Shown here: in pieces, positions 42,684 through 56,204 of the stretch
How the letters are laid out: every line of letters starts with the position of its first letter
How positions within the stretch are numbered: position 1 is the stretch's first letter
Source: Actinomycetota bacterium
GTDB lineage: Bacteria > Actinomycetota > Actinomycetes > Mycobacteriales > SCTD01
Direction of reading: 5' to 3'
Length of the DNA: 64,000 nt
Assembly: GCA_046723735.1 (NCBI GenBank)
Contig: JBKOVB010000032.1
Coordinates: 11,854-75,853, forward strand
Notes under the pieces: generated by a model
Told to the model about the DNA's origin: nothing
What the model saw: the letters and a program-made list of their open reading frames with translations, nothing else
Database searches by the model: none
Position numbers and translations under genes: made by a program

Positions 42684-43808
42684 CTACGGAACCGCGCTCG
42701 GGTCGAGCGCCCGGGCGACGTCAGCGCTCGCGAGCACGCGCGGTGGCGTTCCGGTCACGACGTACTCGGACGCCGGCGTCTGCTCCAGCGCCTCGAGCAG
42801 CGCCTCGCCGGACAACTGGGGGTCGAGGAGGAGCCCCGGTTCGACGGTGCGCGCCCCCTCCCCCACCGTGACCCAGGGGCGGCGTTCGGTCGGGACCTGC
42901 TGGACCCAGGACTCGCTCACCACGCCCTGGACCCGACCGGCGCCGTCCACGACGACGAGCCCGCGCGCACCCGTCTCGTGCGCCTGCCGCACCGCCTCTG
43001 CCAAAGGCGTCGCGGCAGTGACCTCGACGGCCGGACGCGCCAGGGCGGCGACGGAGACGGCCGGCAGGCGCGCCAGCGCCTCCGAGCGTCGCAGCGCGGC
43101 CGCGGCGCCGGCGTAGATGAAGGCCCCGACGAGGGCAGACACGATGATCGTCACCGGGCCGTGGTCGCCGATCCCGTACGCCGGGAGCACGCCCAGCACG
43201 ACGACGGGCACCACGACGAGGGCGATCACCATGCCGGAACGGGCGCTGACCCGCGTGCTCCGATCGGCGTCCCCGAGCACCTGCCAGAGCACGCTGCGCA
43301 GCACCCGGCCGCCGTCGAGCGGGAGTCCGGGCAGCAGGTTGAGCACCCCGATGACGCCGTTGGCGACCGCGAGCCCGCCGAAGAGCAGGCGTTCGAGGCT
43401 CCCCGGGTCCGTGCTCAGCACTCCCGCCAGCCCTATGCCGCAGAGCAGCACCGAGACCATGGGTCCGCTCACGGCGACGGCGTACTCCCGCGCCGGCGTC
43501 TGCGGCGACTCGGTGATCTCCGTGAGCCCTGCGAGCAGCGTGATCGTGATGCTGCGGACGGGCAGGCCGAATGCCCGGGCCACGAGGCAGTGGCCGATCT
43601 CGTGGAGTACGACGCTCAGCAGCAGCACTCCGACCAGGGCCACGGCGGCCCAGAGGGCGGTCTGCCCGCCGTACCGGTCGCTGAGGATCGACTGGCCCGT
43701 GACGACGAGGTAAGCCGCGAACAGGAACCACGAGGGCATCAGCACGACTGGCACTCCCGCGACCTTCGCGACCTGCAGGCCGCGGCGGGTTCGGGGGGCG
43801 TCGCTCAC
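42684..43808 (-). CDS. Site-2 (M50) protease with CBS-like C-terminus
   Basis: HEIGH, SGPMVS and NLLPGLPLDGG motifs; GTG at 43808. Confidence 0.92.
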   Translation of the reverse strand: MSDAPRTRRGLQVAKVAGVPVVLMPSWFLFAAYLVVTGQSILSDRYGGQTALWAAVALVGVLLLSVVLHEIGHCLVARAFGLPVRSITITLLAGLTEITESPQTPAREYAVAVSGPMVSVLLCGIGLAGVLSTDPGSLERLLFGGLAVANGVIGVLNLLPGLPLDGGRVLRSVLWQVLGDADRSTRVSARSGMVIALVVVPVVVLGVLPAYGIGDHGPVTIIVSALVGAFIYAGAAAALRRSEALARLPAVSVAALARPAVEVTAATPLAEAVRQAHETGARGLVVVDGAGRVQGVVSESWVQQVPTERRPWVTVGEGARTVEPGLLLDPQLSGEALLEALEQTPASEYVVTGTPPRVLASADVARALDPSAVP

Positions 43809-43833
43809 CGGACACAATCTAGATCCCGGCTCT

Positions 43834-43855
43834 TGTCGCACTCCGTGACTACCTT
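43834..43855 (+). promoter_or_regulatory. PafBC-type (RecA-NDp-like) DNA-damage promoter
   Basis: TGTCGC-N10-TACCTT versus consensus TGTCGG-N10-TANNNT; ends 6 nt before ATG 43862. Confidence 0.6.
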
Positions 43856-43861
43856 CGTGGC

Positions 43862-44779
43862 ATGGCTTTGCTCGACGCCCCCGCGCCCGCCCCCGCGCCC
43901 GTGCCGCTCCCCGTGGTGGCGGCGCTGTCACCGTCGCGGGCGAGCGACTTCATGACGTGCCCGTTGCTGTTTCGCTACCGCAGCATCGACCGGCTCCCGC
44001 AGGCGCCCTCGTCGGCCGCGACGCGCGGGACGCTGGTCCACGCTGTGCTGGAGCGGCTGTTCGACCTGCCGGCGAGCGAGCGAACGCCGGAGGCCGCGGC
44101 AGCGCTGCTCGCGCCTGAGTGGGAGCGGCTGCAGGAGGCGGAGCCGGACGTCGCGGCGCTGTTCTCCTCTGAAGACGAGCTGGCGACCTGGCTGACGAGC
44201 GCACGGGGCCTGCTGGACGGGTACTTCGCGTTGGAGGACCCCCGCCGGCTCGACCCGGCGGAGAGGGAGTCGTACGTCGAGGTGCAGCTCCCCGGTGGGC
44301 TGCTGCTGCGCGGCATCGTGGACCGGCTCGACCAGGCGCCCACCGGGCAGCTCCGGGTCGTCGACTACAAGACCGGTCGGGCCCCTGGCGAGGCGTTCGA
44401 GGGCAAGGCGCTGTTCCAGATGAAGTTCTACGCGCTGGTGCTGTGGCGGACGCGCGGGGTGATCCCGACGCGGCTGCAGCTGATGTACCTCGGCGACCAG
44501 CAGGTGCTGGCCTACGCCCCTGAGGAGTCGGACCTGCTCGCCACCGAGCGCAAGCTGCTGGCGCTGTGGGAGGCGATCGAGCGGGCGGTGCAGGCGCGCG
44601 ACTTCCGCCCACGGGTCTCGAAGCTGTGCGACTGGTGCGACCACCACGCCTTCTGCCCCGAGCAGGGCGGCACGCTGCTTCCTTGGCCGTCCGTGATGCC
44701 GTCGCTGGAGGAGCCCGAGGCCCGCCACGTCGAGGCCGCGGCCCGCAAGGCGCTCGCCGAGGAGGTGCGGGAGCCCTGA
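43862..44779 (+). CDS. RecB-family (PD-(D/E)xK) exonuclease
   Basis: LSPSR....CP, GIVDRLD, VVDYKTG and CDWC.....CP motifs. Confidence 0.92.
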   Translation: MALLDAPAPAPAPVPLPVVAALSPSRASDFMTCPLLFRYRSIDRLPQAPSSAATRGTLVHAVLERLFDLPASERTPEAAAALLAPEWERLQEAEPDVAALFSSEDELATWLTSARGLLDGYFALEDPRRLDPAERESYVEVQLPGGLLLRGIVDRLDQAPTGQLRVVDYKTGRAPGEAFEGKALFQMKFYALVLWRTRGVIPTRLQLMYLGDQQVLAYAPEESDLLATERKLLALWEAIERAVQARDFRPRVSKLCDWCDHHAFCPEQGGTLLPWPSVMPSLEEPEARHVEAAARKALAEEVREP

Positions 44780-44867
44780 GGGCTCGGGGGCCCGAGCTGT
44801 CCTGGGTGTCCCCAAGGCGGCATGCCTGTCACACTCTGGCGAAACAGACGTCTTTCGGAGGCCCAGC

Positions 44868-45698
44868 GTGACTGCCACGGACACCACCGCCCCCGGCCTG
44901 ACCGGTCCCGTCGACGCCCTCGTCGCGTCCGCGCCCGGGCGGCAGCTCCAGATGCCGGTGCCGCCGACGTTCTCCTCCGTCGAGGAGGAGCGGATGCACC
45001 GCAAGGTGCAGCTGGCGGCGGCGTTCCGCATGTTCAGCAAGGCGGGCCTCGATGAGGGCGCCGCCGGTCACATCACGGCCCGGGACCCGGAGTTCACCGA
45101 CTCGTACTGGGTGAATCCCTTCGGGCGGCACTTCAGCCTCATCAGGCAGAGCGACCTGGTGCGCGTCAACCACGCCGGTGAGGTCGTCGAGGGCGACCAC
45201 GCCGTGAACGGGGCCGCGGTCGCGATCCACTGTGCCGTGCACGCCGCGCGCCCGGACGTCGTCGCGGCGGCGCACGCCCACGGGCCGTACGGCAAGACGT
45301 TGTCGGCGCTCCCCCAGCGGATCGAGCCCCTCACGCAAGATGCCTGCGCCTTCTACGACGACCACGGGGTGCACGAGAGCTTCAACGGCGTCGTGCTCGA
45401 CCCCGAAGAGGGCCGAGCCATCGGCGCGGCGCTCGGGCAGCACAAGGCCGTGATCTTGCGCAACCACGGGATGCTCACGGTCGGGCACTTCGTCGAGAGC
45501 GCCGCCTGGTGGTTCATCACGCTCGAGCGGACGGCCCAGTCGCAGCTGATGGCGTACGCCGCCGGCTCGCCGCTCCAGATCCCGCACGAGCACGCTCTCG
45601 GCACCCGAGAGCTGGTCGGCAACGAGTTCGCCGGCTGGTTCCAGTGGCAGCCCCTGTGGCAGCGGATCGCGAAGGACCATCCCGACATCTACGACTGA
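44868..45698 (+). CDS. Class II aldolase/adducin family protein
   Basis: GHITARDP, IH..VH..RPD...AAHAH and LRNHG motifs. Confidence 0.92.
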   Translation: MTATDTTAPGLTGPVDALVASAPGRQLQMPVPPTFSSVEEERMHRKVQLAAAFRMFSKAGLDEGAAGHITARDPEFTDSYWVNPFGRHFSLIRQSDLVRVNHAGEVVEGDHAVNGAAVAIHCAVHAARPDVVAAAHAHGPYGKTLSALPQRIEPLTQDACAFYDDHGVHESFNGVVLDPEEGRAIGAALGQHKAVILRNHGMLTVGHFVESAAWWFITLERTAQSQLMAYAAGSPLQIPHEHALGTRELVGNEFAGWFQWQPLWQRIAKDHPDIYD

Positions 45699-45866
45699 GC
45701 GATCAGTCACTGCCGAGAAGTGGCGGTCCGAGAGGTCGCTGTTACGGGTGGAGGGGCGCAAGGCGTGCCCCTTCAGCAGTCCCAAATTTGGACCTTTGCC
45801 TCTAGGCATGCCTCGAACCCGCCTTGACACTGGAGTTCTGAGGAGTGTGGCGAAAGGGGGTGCGCC

Positions 45867-46505
45867 ATGGTCCGAAGTCAGGAGATGACCGCAATCGAGA
45901 AGGCGACCGGGCAGGCGGTCCTTGACGTTCACACTCAGTCGGATCGTGTAGGTACGGAGCGTCCCTCGAGCGCTCGTGCAAGGAATCGCAAGGGCGCCGC
46001 GATCGGGGCGTGGTTGGGAACGAGCACGTGGCCGGCGTACTGCGCGGCAGGGATCACCGCTGCGTACGGACTGCTCAAGGCCTACTGGGTGTTCGGCGGC
46101 ACTGCCCTTTGGTCCATTGCTCCGCTCTCACAAGAGATGATCGACAAGGTGCGATCGAACACCGCCCCCACGTGGTTCCTCGTCGCAGATGCCTTCAGTG
46201 TGGTGCTGGCCGTGGCGGGCGTCTTGTTCGCCCTGGCGACTGCGCGTCCACGGCGGTGGCTGCCAGGATGGCTGGTCCGTTGGTCGCTGTGGCCGCTCGC
46301 CACGCTCATGGCGCTGCGCGCGATGCTGGGGATCATCGGTGACATCCAACAGATCGCTTCTGGTGATTCTGGTGCGCTCACCCACACGGCCCTGTGGGAT
46401 CTGGTCTTGTGGGCGCCGTTGTTCCTGATCTGGGGTCTGCTGTGGGCAGCGACTGCACTGACATATGCCAGGCGCGTGCGCACGACCCAAGAACGAGTCG
46501 CATAG
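45867..46505 (+). CDS. Four-TM membrane protein (DUF3995-like)
   Basis: YWVFGG...W.PLF..WG; atypical codon usage; start uncertain. Confidence 0.65.
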   Translation: MVRSQEMTAIEKATGQAVLDVHTQSDRVGTERPSSARARNRKGAAIGAWLGTSTWPAYCAAGITAAYGLLKAYWVFGGTALWSIAPLSQEMIDKVRSNTAPTWFLVADAFSVVLAVAGVLFALATARPRRWLPGWLVRWSLWPLATLMALRAMLGIIGDIQQIASGDSGALTHTALWDLVLWAPLFLIWGLLWAATALTYARRVRTTQERVA

Positions 46506-46576
46506 GCGGTGCGCCGCATCCCTGCCCGCATCGCCCCGATGATGGCGCTGGCCATGGGACGTGCTGCAGGAGCGGG

Positions 46577-47247
46577 TCAGGCGGACAGGCGGACGAGGTC
46601 GGAGAGGTGCTGCACCTCCACGCCGACGAGCGACGGCACCACCATGCGACGCGGCGCCGGGTCGAACACGATCCCTGGGACGCTCGGCACGGCGACCACC
46701 GCGCACCCCGCCGCCTCGGCGCTCGCAACCCCCGAAGGCGAATCCTCCAGCACCACGCACCGCGAGGGCGGGACAGCGAGGCTTGACATCGCGTCCAGGT
46801 AGGGCTGCGGATGCGGCTTCCCGTGCGCGACCTCGTCGCCGGCCACCGTCACCTCGAACGGCCCGATGCCATGGGCCAGCACGGCATCCACGAGCACGCG
46901 GTACGACGAAGACACCAGCCCCACAGGCACGCCGGCCGATCGCAGGGACCCCAGCAGCTCCAGCACCCCGGGCAGTACCGGGGGTCTCGAGCCGAACAGG
47001 GAGACCATGCGCCCCAGCAGCCAGGCCGACGTGCGTGCGACGTCCTCCGGGCCGGCAGCCGCGCCGTACCAGCGCAGGATCGTGGGTACGGCGACGTCCA
47101 GCCGGGTCCCGACGATCGCCGCCTTCAGCTCAGGCGTGAACTCACCGCCGAGCTCACGGGCGAGCTCCACCTCCGCGACCGTCCAGGCCGGCTCGGTGTC
47201 GACGAGCAGCCCGTCCATGTCGAAGAGGACGGCAGCCGGCAGCGTGC

Positions 47248-47251
<4 letters not shown>
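46577..47251 (-). CDS. HAD family phosphatase
   Basis: FDMDGLLVDTE, KPHP.PY and EDS..G motifs; GTGA overlap with metH. Confidence 0.92.
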
Positions 47252-50775
<3,524 letters not shown>

Positions 50776-50863
50776 ACCGGGAGTCTACCGGCGGCCGCTC
50801 CGCCTCTTGACCCAGCGCGGGGGTAGGTTGCCGCTGACGAGAGATCCTCGGTGAGGAGGGCGC

Positions 50864-51337
50864 GTGAGCGACGGTTACACGACGGTGATGGTCGGCACGG
50901 ACGGCTCTGAGACGTCCTTCCGTGCCGTGGACCGGGCGGCTGCGGTTGCCCGCGACGCGGGCGCCACCCTGCTGCTGCTCACGGCGTACCACCCGATGCG
51001 CCCCCGCGAGGCCGAGGACGCGCGTCGAGCGCTGGGCGACGAGTCCTACAAGGTCACCGGCTCCTCCCCCGCCGAGTCGGTGCTCGGCGAGGCCCGCGAC
51101 CGCGCCCTCGCGCTGGGCGCCGAGAAGGTCGAGACCGTGGCCGTGGAGGGCGACCCGGTGGACGCCCTCGTGGACGAGGCCGTCCGCCGTGGCGTCGACC
51201 TGCTCGTGGTCGGAAACCGCGGTCTCAACAGCCTCGCCGGCCGCCTGCTCGGCTCGGTGCCGGCCAACATCACGCACAAGGCGAGCTGCGACGTGCTCGT
51301 CGTCCACACCACCGGCAAGGGAGCCGCCCGCACGTGA
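50864..51337 (+). CDS. Universal stress protein
   Basis: VGTDGS and VVGNRG...LLGSV motifs. Confidence 0.93.
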   Translation: MSDGYTTVMVGTDGSETSFRAVDRAAAVARDAGATLLLLTAYHPMRPREAEDARRALGDESYKVTGSSPAESVLGEARDRALALGAEKVETVAVEGDPVDALVDEAVRRGVDLLVVGNRGLNSLAGRLLGSVPANITHKASCDVLVVHTTGKGAART

Positions 51338-52185
51338 CCTCGCCGCTCGTCGTCCCCCCGCTCCGCGCGCCCGTGATGGTGGCGGCGTTCGAGGGCTGGA
51401 ACGACGCGGGTGACGCCGCCACCGACGCGGTGGCGCACCTGGCAGAGGTGTGGGAGGCCACCGAGGTGGCGGCGCTCGACCCGGACGACTTCTACGACTT
51501 CCAGGTCAACCGGCCCACTGTCTCGCTCGTCGACGGCATCACGCGCCGCATCACCTGGCCCACCACCCGCTTCTTCGTGGCGCGGCTCCCGGCCGGCCCG
51601 CGGGACCTGGTGCTGGTGCACGGTGTCGAGCCCAACATGCGCTGGCGGGGCTTCTGCGAGCAGCTGCTCGGCGTCGCCTCCGAGCTGCAGGTGGCCGAGG
51701 TGGTGACGCTCGGGGCCCTGCTCGCCGACACCCCGCACACTCGCCCGGTGCCGGTGAGCGGCGCCTCGTCCCACCCCGGCCTGGCCGCCCAGCTCGGGCT
51801 GGAGCACAGCCGGTACGAGGGGCCGACCGGGATCGTCGGGGTGCTGCAGGACGCCTGCGAGCGCGGCAACGTGCCTGCGGTCTCGTTCTGGGCAGCGGTC
51901 CCGCACTACGTGCACCAGCCGCCCTGCCCGAAGGCCACCATCGCGCTGCTCCGCCGGGTCGAGGACCTGCTCGACGTGCCCGTGCCGCTGTCCGACCTCC
52001 CGGAGCGGGCGCGTGAGTGGGAGCGGCAGGTCGACGAGCTGGCCGCCGAGGACTCGGACGTCGCGGAGTACGTCGCGTCGCTCGAGGAGCGCGAGCCCGA
52101 GGAGGAGCTGCCCGAGGCGAGCGGCGAGGCGATCGCGAAGGAGTTCGAGCGCTTCCTGCGCCGGCAGGACCCGCCCGAGCGTTAG
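51334..52185 (+). CDS. PAC2 (proteasome assembly chaperone-like) family protein
   Basis: FEGWNDAG, DFQVNRP, DTPHTRP and VPHY motifs. Confidence 0.9.
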   Translation: MTSPLVVPPLRAPVMVAAFEGWNDAGDAATDAVAHLAEVWEATEVAALDPDDFYDFQVNRPTVSLVDGITRRITWPTTRFFVARLPAGPRDLVLVHGVEPNMRWRGFCEQLLGVASELQVAEVVTLGALLADTPHTRPVPVSGASSHPGLAAQLGLEHSRYEGPTGIVGVLQDACERGNVPAVSFWAAVPHYVHQPPCPKATIALLRRVEDLLDVPVPLSDLPERAREWERQVDELAAEDSDVAEYVASLEEREPEEELPEASGEAIAKEFERFLRRQDPPER

Positions 52186-52282
52186 CGGGGACGCCGGTTG
52201 CAGGGTGGGTCCTTCGCCCCTGGCGACCGCCGTGGTCCCGCTCCTACCGTCGGCGGTGACAGTCCTTCAGGAGGTGATGAGG

Positions 52283-52819
52283 ATGCCTCCCCACTGCGAT
52301 GCGCTGGACGGGCCCGTCGTACGCGCCGCGCGTGAGGCGTTGGCCGCCCACGACGTGGAGCTGGTCCTGCCCTACGTGCACGCCGACGGCGAGGACGAGG
52401 TGCGGGCCGCGTTCGACATGACCGTCAAGGCCTCCACGCTCGGAGCTGAGGCACGAGAGGTGGCCGAGCGCTGGTACTTCGAGACCGTGGTTCGGGTCCA
52501 CCGGGCCGGCGAGGGGGCACCGTTCACGGGCCTCAAGCCCGCTGGGCTCGATGTGGGTCCCGTGATACCGGCGGCCGAGCGCGCCCTCGACAGCGGCTCG
52601 CCCGACGAACTGGTCTCCGTGATGTGCCGCGAGCTGAGCGAGCAGGTCGAGCGGCGACTGCACCACGCGCTCGAGCTGAGGAGCAGGGCTGGCGGCGGTG
52701 TCACGGAGTCCCGCGCCTACGTCGAGGCGATGCTCGGGCTCCAGGTCTGGGCGAACAGCGTCCACCGCCAAGTCACCGCGGAGCCGCACGCGCACCTCGG
52801 GGCCCACGCCCACGGCTGA
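52283..52819 (+). CDS. DUF6448-like helical protein
   Basis: MPPHCDALDGPVV, FETVVRVHRAGEGAPFTGLKP; His-rich tail; GGAGG RBS. Confidence 0.75.
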   Translation: MPPHCDALDGPVVRAAREALAAHDVELVLPYVHADGEDEVRAAFDMTVKASTLGAEAREVAERWYFETVVRVHRAGEGAPFTGLKPAGLDVGPVIPAAERALDSGSPDELVSVMCRELSEQVERRLHHALELRSRAGGGVTESRAYVEAMLGLQVWANSVHRQVTAEPHAHLGAHAHG

Positions 52820-52829
52820 CCCGGACGGG

Positions 52830-54053
52830 TCAGAGCTCGACGCCGAGCAGGGCGTCGACCGTGTCGCGCACGAGCGCCGGCGCCGAGGTGTCGTCCCCGT
52901 CGGCCGCGCACCAGGCGTCCACGGCTGCCAGCGCGGCTGGCGTGTCGAGGTCGTCGCCCAGTGCCCGTCGTACGGCGGAGAGCAGGGCCGCGCCGTCCGG
53001 CCCGCTCGTACGAGCCACGCCGACCCGCCACCGGGCGAGGCGCTCCACGCCGCCCTCGAGCGTGGCGGCGGTCCACATCCGGTCCACGCGGTAGTGATCC
53101 GCGAGCAGGGCGAGCCGAAGTGCCGCCGGCTCCGTGCCCTCGTCGAGCAGGGGGCGGACGAACACGAGGTTGCCCAGCGACTTGCTCATCTTCTCGCCGT
53201 CCAGCCCGAGCATGCCGGCGTGCACGTAGGCGCGTGCGAACGGCGCCACCCCGGTGGCCACCTCCGCCTCCGCCGCAGACAGCTCGTGGTGCGGGAAGAC
53301 CAGGTCGTTGCCGCCGCCCTGGACGTCGAGCTGGGGGCCGAGGCGCTTCATCGCCATGGCCGTGCACTCGACGTGCCAGCCGGGCCGACCGGGACCGAGC
53401 GGTGACGGCCAGGCCGGCTCCCCCGGCCGCTGCTGCAGCCACAGCAGCGCGTCGAGCGGGTCCTTCTTGCCCGGCCGGTCCGGGTCGCCACCGCGCTGGT
53501 GCGACAGGTCGATCATGGTCGCGACGTCCAGGTTCGACACCTCGCCGAAGTGCTGCGCCGCCGCGACGGAGAAGTACACGTCACCGTCGACGGTGTAGGT
53601 GACCCCGAGCTCCTGCAGGCGCAGCACGAGCTCGACGATCTCGTCCATGGCCTCGACCGCCCCGACGTACCAGGTGGGCGGCAGCACCCGCAGCGCGGCC
53701 ATGTCGCCGCGGAACAGCTCCGTCTCGCGGGCCGCGACCTCTTCCCACGCGATCCCGTCGCGCTGCGCGCGCTCCAGCAGCGGGTCGTCGATGTCCGTGA
53801 CGTTCTGGACGTAACGGACCTCGTGTCCCTGGTCACGCCAGAACCTGACAAGGGTGTCGAACGCGACGAACGTCGCGGCGTGCCCGAGGTGGGTGGCGTC
53901 GTACGGCGTGATCCCGCAGACGTAGAGCCGGGCGACGGCGTCGGCGGGCTCGAGCAGGACGCGGCCGCGGCTCGCCGTGTCATGCACGTGCAGCGGCTGC
54001 GGTGAGGGCGGCGTCGGGAGCACGGGCACGTCGGCGGCCGACCAGGACAGCAT
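52830..54053 (-). CDS. mshC: Mycothiol biosynthesis ligase (Cys:GlcN-Ins ligase)
   Basis: [22 protein letters not shown] and [10 protein letters not shown] motifs; ATG at 54053. Confidence 0.95.
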   Translation of the reverse strand: MLSWSAADVPVLPTPPSPQPLHVHDTASRGRVLLEPADAVARLYVCGITPYDATHLGHAATFVAFDTLVRFWRDQGHEVRYVQNVTDIDDPLLERAQRDGIAWEEVAARETELFRGDMAALRVLPPTWYVGAVEAMDEIVELVLRLQELGVTYTVDGDVYFSVAAAQHFGEVSNLDVATMIDLSHQRGGDPDRPGKKDPLDALLWLQQRPGEPAWPSPLGPGRPGWHVECTAMAMKRLGPQLDVQGGGNDLVFPHHELSAAEAEVATGVAPFARAYVHAGMLGLDGEKMSKSLGNLVFVRPLLDEGTEPAALRLALLADHYRVDRMWTAATLEGGVERLARWRVGVARTSGPDGAALLSAVRRALGDDLDTPAALAAVDAWCAADGDDTSAPALVRDTVDALLGVEL

Positions 54054-54130
54054 GCCCGGCAGCGTAGCCGCGGGCACCTGACACACTTCCGGGTGAACCT
54101 CGGATGTCACGGTTGTCCGAGTACCGCAGC

Positions 54131-54934
54131 ATGTCTTCCCCGACTCCGGACAGCCGCCCGGTCGCGCTGCGCGTCCACGCCCCGCGTTCCCTCGCCCTCG
54201 TCGTCGCGGCCCTCGCCGTTCTCGCCGCCGGAAGCACGAGCGGGGTGACGGTCCCCTCCCGTCACCCGCTCGTCCCCGTCGTCGGCCTCAGCGAACCGGA
54301 GCCCGTGGGCGCGGGAACGGCCGGCACCTCCACGACGCAGCTCTACAAGTTCTCGGCGTACGTCGGGGGCAAGCCGGTTCGCTGGAACCCGTGCGCCGCC
54401 ATCCACTGGCGGTTCAGGACGACGGCAGCGCCAAGGGGCGGGCTCACGATCGCGAAGGCCGCCGTTGCCAAGGTCGCGCTGGCGACGGGCATCCGCTTCG
54501 TGTACGACGGCACCACCACCGCCGTCCCGAACAGCAAGTGGCTGCCCACGTCGACGAGCAACGTCCGGCCGCTGCTCATCGGCTGGACCGACGCGTCGCA
54601 CAGCGACCTGCTCGCGGGTCGTCCGCGCAACGTGCTCGGCGTGACACGCACGGCCTACTTCGCCGCCACCGTCGACGGCCGGTCGCTCGCGGCCACCAAG
54701 GCTGCCGTCGTCGCGCTGGACCGCACGGATCGGCTGCCCCTCACTGGATCGGTGTCGTGGAGCTCGGTGCTGCAGCACGAGCTCGGCCATGCGATGGGCC
54801 TCGACCACGTCGGGAACACCCGGGAGCTCATGTACCCGGTGCTGCAGCGCACTCTGAGCGGTCTGCAGCCCGGTGACCGCACCGGCCTCTACCGCCTCGG
54901 CCGCGCGGCGGGTTGCATCTCCCTCCCCTACTGA
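54131..54934 (+). CDS. Secreted matrixin-family (metzincin) metalloprotease
   Basis: [11 protein letters not shown] plus Met-turn LMYP; RWNPC; hydrophobic N-terminus. Confidence 0.88.
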   Translation: MSSPTPDSRPVALRVHAPRSLALVVAALAVLAAGSTSGVTVPSRHPLVPVVGLSEPEPVGAGTAGTSTTQLYKFSAYVGGKPVRWNPCAAIHWRFRTTAAPRGGLTIAKAAVAKVALATGIRFVYDGTTTAVPNSKWLPTSTSNVRPLLIGWTDASHSDLLAGRPRNVLGVTRTAYFAATVDGRSLAATKAAVVALDRTDRLPLTGSVSWSSVLQHELGHAMGLDHVGNTRELMYPVLQRTLSGLQPGDRTGLYRLGRAAGCISLPY

Positions 54935-54941
54935 GCCGAGG

Positions 54942-55637
54942 TCAGAAGGGCGGCCACGGGATCGCCGGCCAGTCCGCCGGCGGGAACGGGTAGGTGCCAT
55001 CCGCCAGCAGCTGCGCGACCCGCTGCTGCGTACGCCGTACCTCCCGACCCGTGAGGTGCTCCGCCAGCTGTCCGCCCAGCTCGGCCTCGAGCGCCCGAGC
55101 CAGCCGCTGGAGCCCGTCCACGGCCTCGTCGCTGAGCGCACAGCCCGTCCACTGCCACAGCACGGTGCGCAGCTTGTCGTCGACCGCGAAGCAGACGCCG
55201 TGGTCCACGCCCAGCACCCGACCCTCGGGGGTGGGGAGCAGGTGGCCGCCCTTGCGGTCGGCGTTGTTGACGACCGCGTCGAGCAGGACCATCCGTTGCA
55301 GGTCGGGGTGCTCGCTCGTGACGAGCCGCCGCAGGTCGACGCCCTCGTCCACCTCGATCCAGAGCTGACACATGCCGGGCCCGAACGGGCCGTCACGCAG
55401 CACGGTGGGCGGGACGAGCCCCCAACCCAGGGCCTCGCTCACGAGGTAGGTCGCCACTTCCCGGCCGGCGAGCGTGCCGTGCGGGAAGTCCCACAGCGGG
55501 CGCTCGCCGCGCACCGGCTTGTGCACGCAGGTCGCGGTGACGCCGTCGAGGGTCACGGTGCAATAGAGCGTGGCGTTGCTCGCGTCGACGAGCCGTCCCT
55601 CGACGGCGAGGTCGCCGCGCGCGAGCAGCGCGTGCAC
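54942..55637 (-). CDS. SCO1664-family PI3/4-kinase-like protein
   Basis: KPVRGERPLWDFP and NNADRKGGH...DHG motifs; start may be CTG 55649. Confidence 0.88.
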   Translation of the reverse strand: MHALLARGDLAVEGRLVDASNATLYCTVTLDGVTATCVHKPVRGERPLWDFPHGTLAGREVATYLVSEALGWGLVPPTVLRDGPFGPGMCQLWIEVDEGVDLRRLVTSEHPDLQRMVLLDAVVNNADRKGGHLLPTPEGRVLGVDHGVCFAVDDKLRTVLWQWTGCALSDEAVDGLQRLARALEAELGGQLAEHLTGREVRRTQQRVAQLLADGTYPFPPADWPAIPWPPF

Positions 55638-55645
55638 GTCCGGGG

Positions 55646-56182
55646 TCAGCGGCGGTGCCCGTTCTGTCGGGGGCAGACGTGCCCGGCCGGGTCCAGGGGC
55701 AGCCCGCACAGCGGGCACGGCGGCCGCCCGGCCGCCACGACGCGCAGGGCCCGACGTACGAATCCCCGTGCCATGGGCGCGGTCATCCGGACGCGGAGCG
55801 TGTCCGGGCCGTCCTCGGCATCGCTGAGCGGCTCGACCTCCGGGTCCTCCTCGTCGGTCTGCGCCAGTGCCTCGACGACGCACAGGCTCGCGTCGGCGTC
55901 CCAGGCAAGACCCATGCTGCCGACGCGGAACTCCTCCTCCACCGGGGTGTCGAGCGGGGCGGTGTCCTCGACGTCCTCGCCGCCGTGCGCGACCGGCCCC
56001 ACGGCGTCCAGCAAGTCGTCGAGGCGCTCGGCCAGGACGCGCACCTGCACCTTCTCGAGGGCCACGCTGACGGTCCTGCCCCCGCCAGATGCCTGCAGGT
56101 AGAACGTCCGCTCCCCGGGTTGCCCCACGGTCCCGGCGACGAAGCGCTCGGGCGGGTCGAAGTAGTAGACCTGACGGGGCAC
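55646..56182 (-). CDS. DUF3090 family protein
   Basis: FVAGTVGQPG.RTFYLQ and GRPPCPLC..PLDP.GH.CPR.NG motifs. Confidence 0.9.
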   Translation of the reverse strand: MPRQVYYFDPPERFVAGTVGQPGERTFYLQASGGGRTVSVALEKVQVRVLAERLDDLLDAVGPVAHGGEDVEDTAPLDTPVEEEFRVGSMGLAWDADASLCVVEALAQTDEEDPEVEPLSDAEDGPDTLRVRMTAPMARGFVRRALRVVAAGRPPCPLCGLPLDPAGHVCPRQNGHRR

Positions 56183-56204
56183 CTTTCCACCCTAAGGGTG
56201 GCCT

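Noticed and set aside
50776..50863. Cobalamin or SAM riboswitch upstream of metH
   Set aside because: The divergent spacer is only 88 bp and has a -10 six nt from the start, leaving no leader for a riboswitch.
54061..54083. TGTCAG...TACGCT upstream of mshC as a PafBC motif
   Set aside because: The spacer is 11 nt rather than 10, and mshC is not a repair gene.
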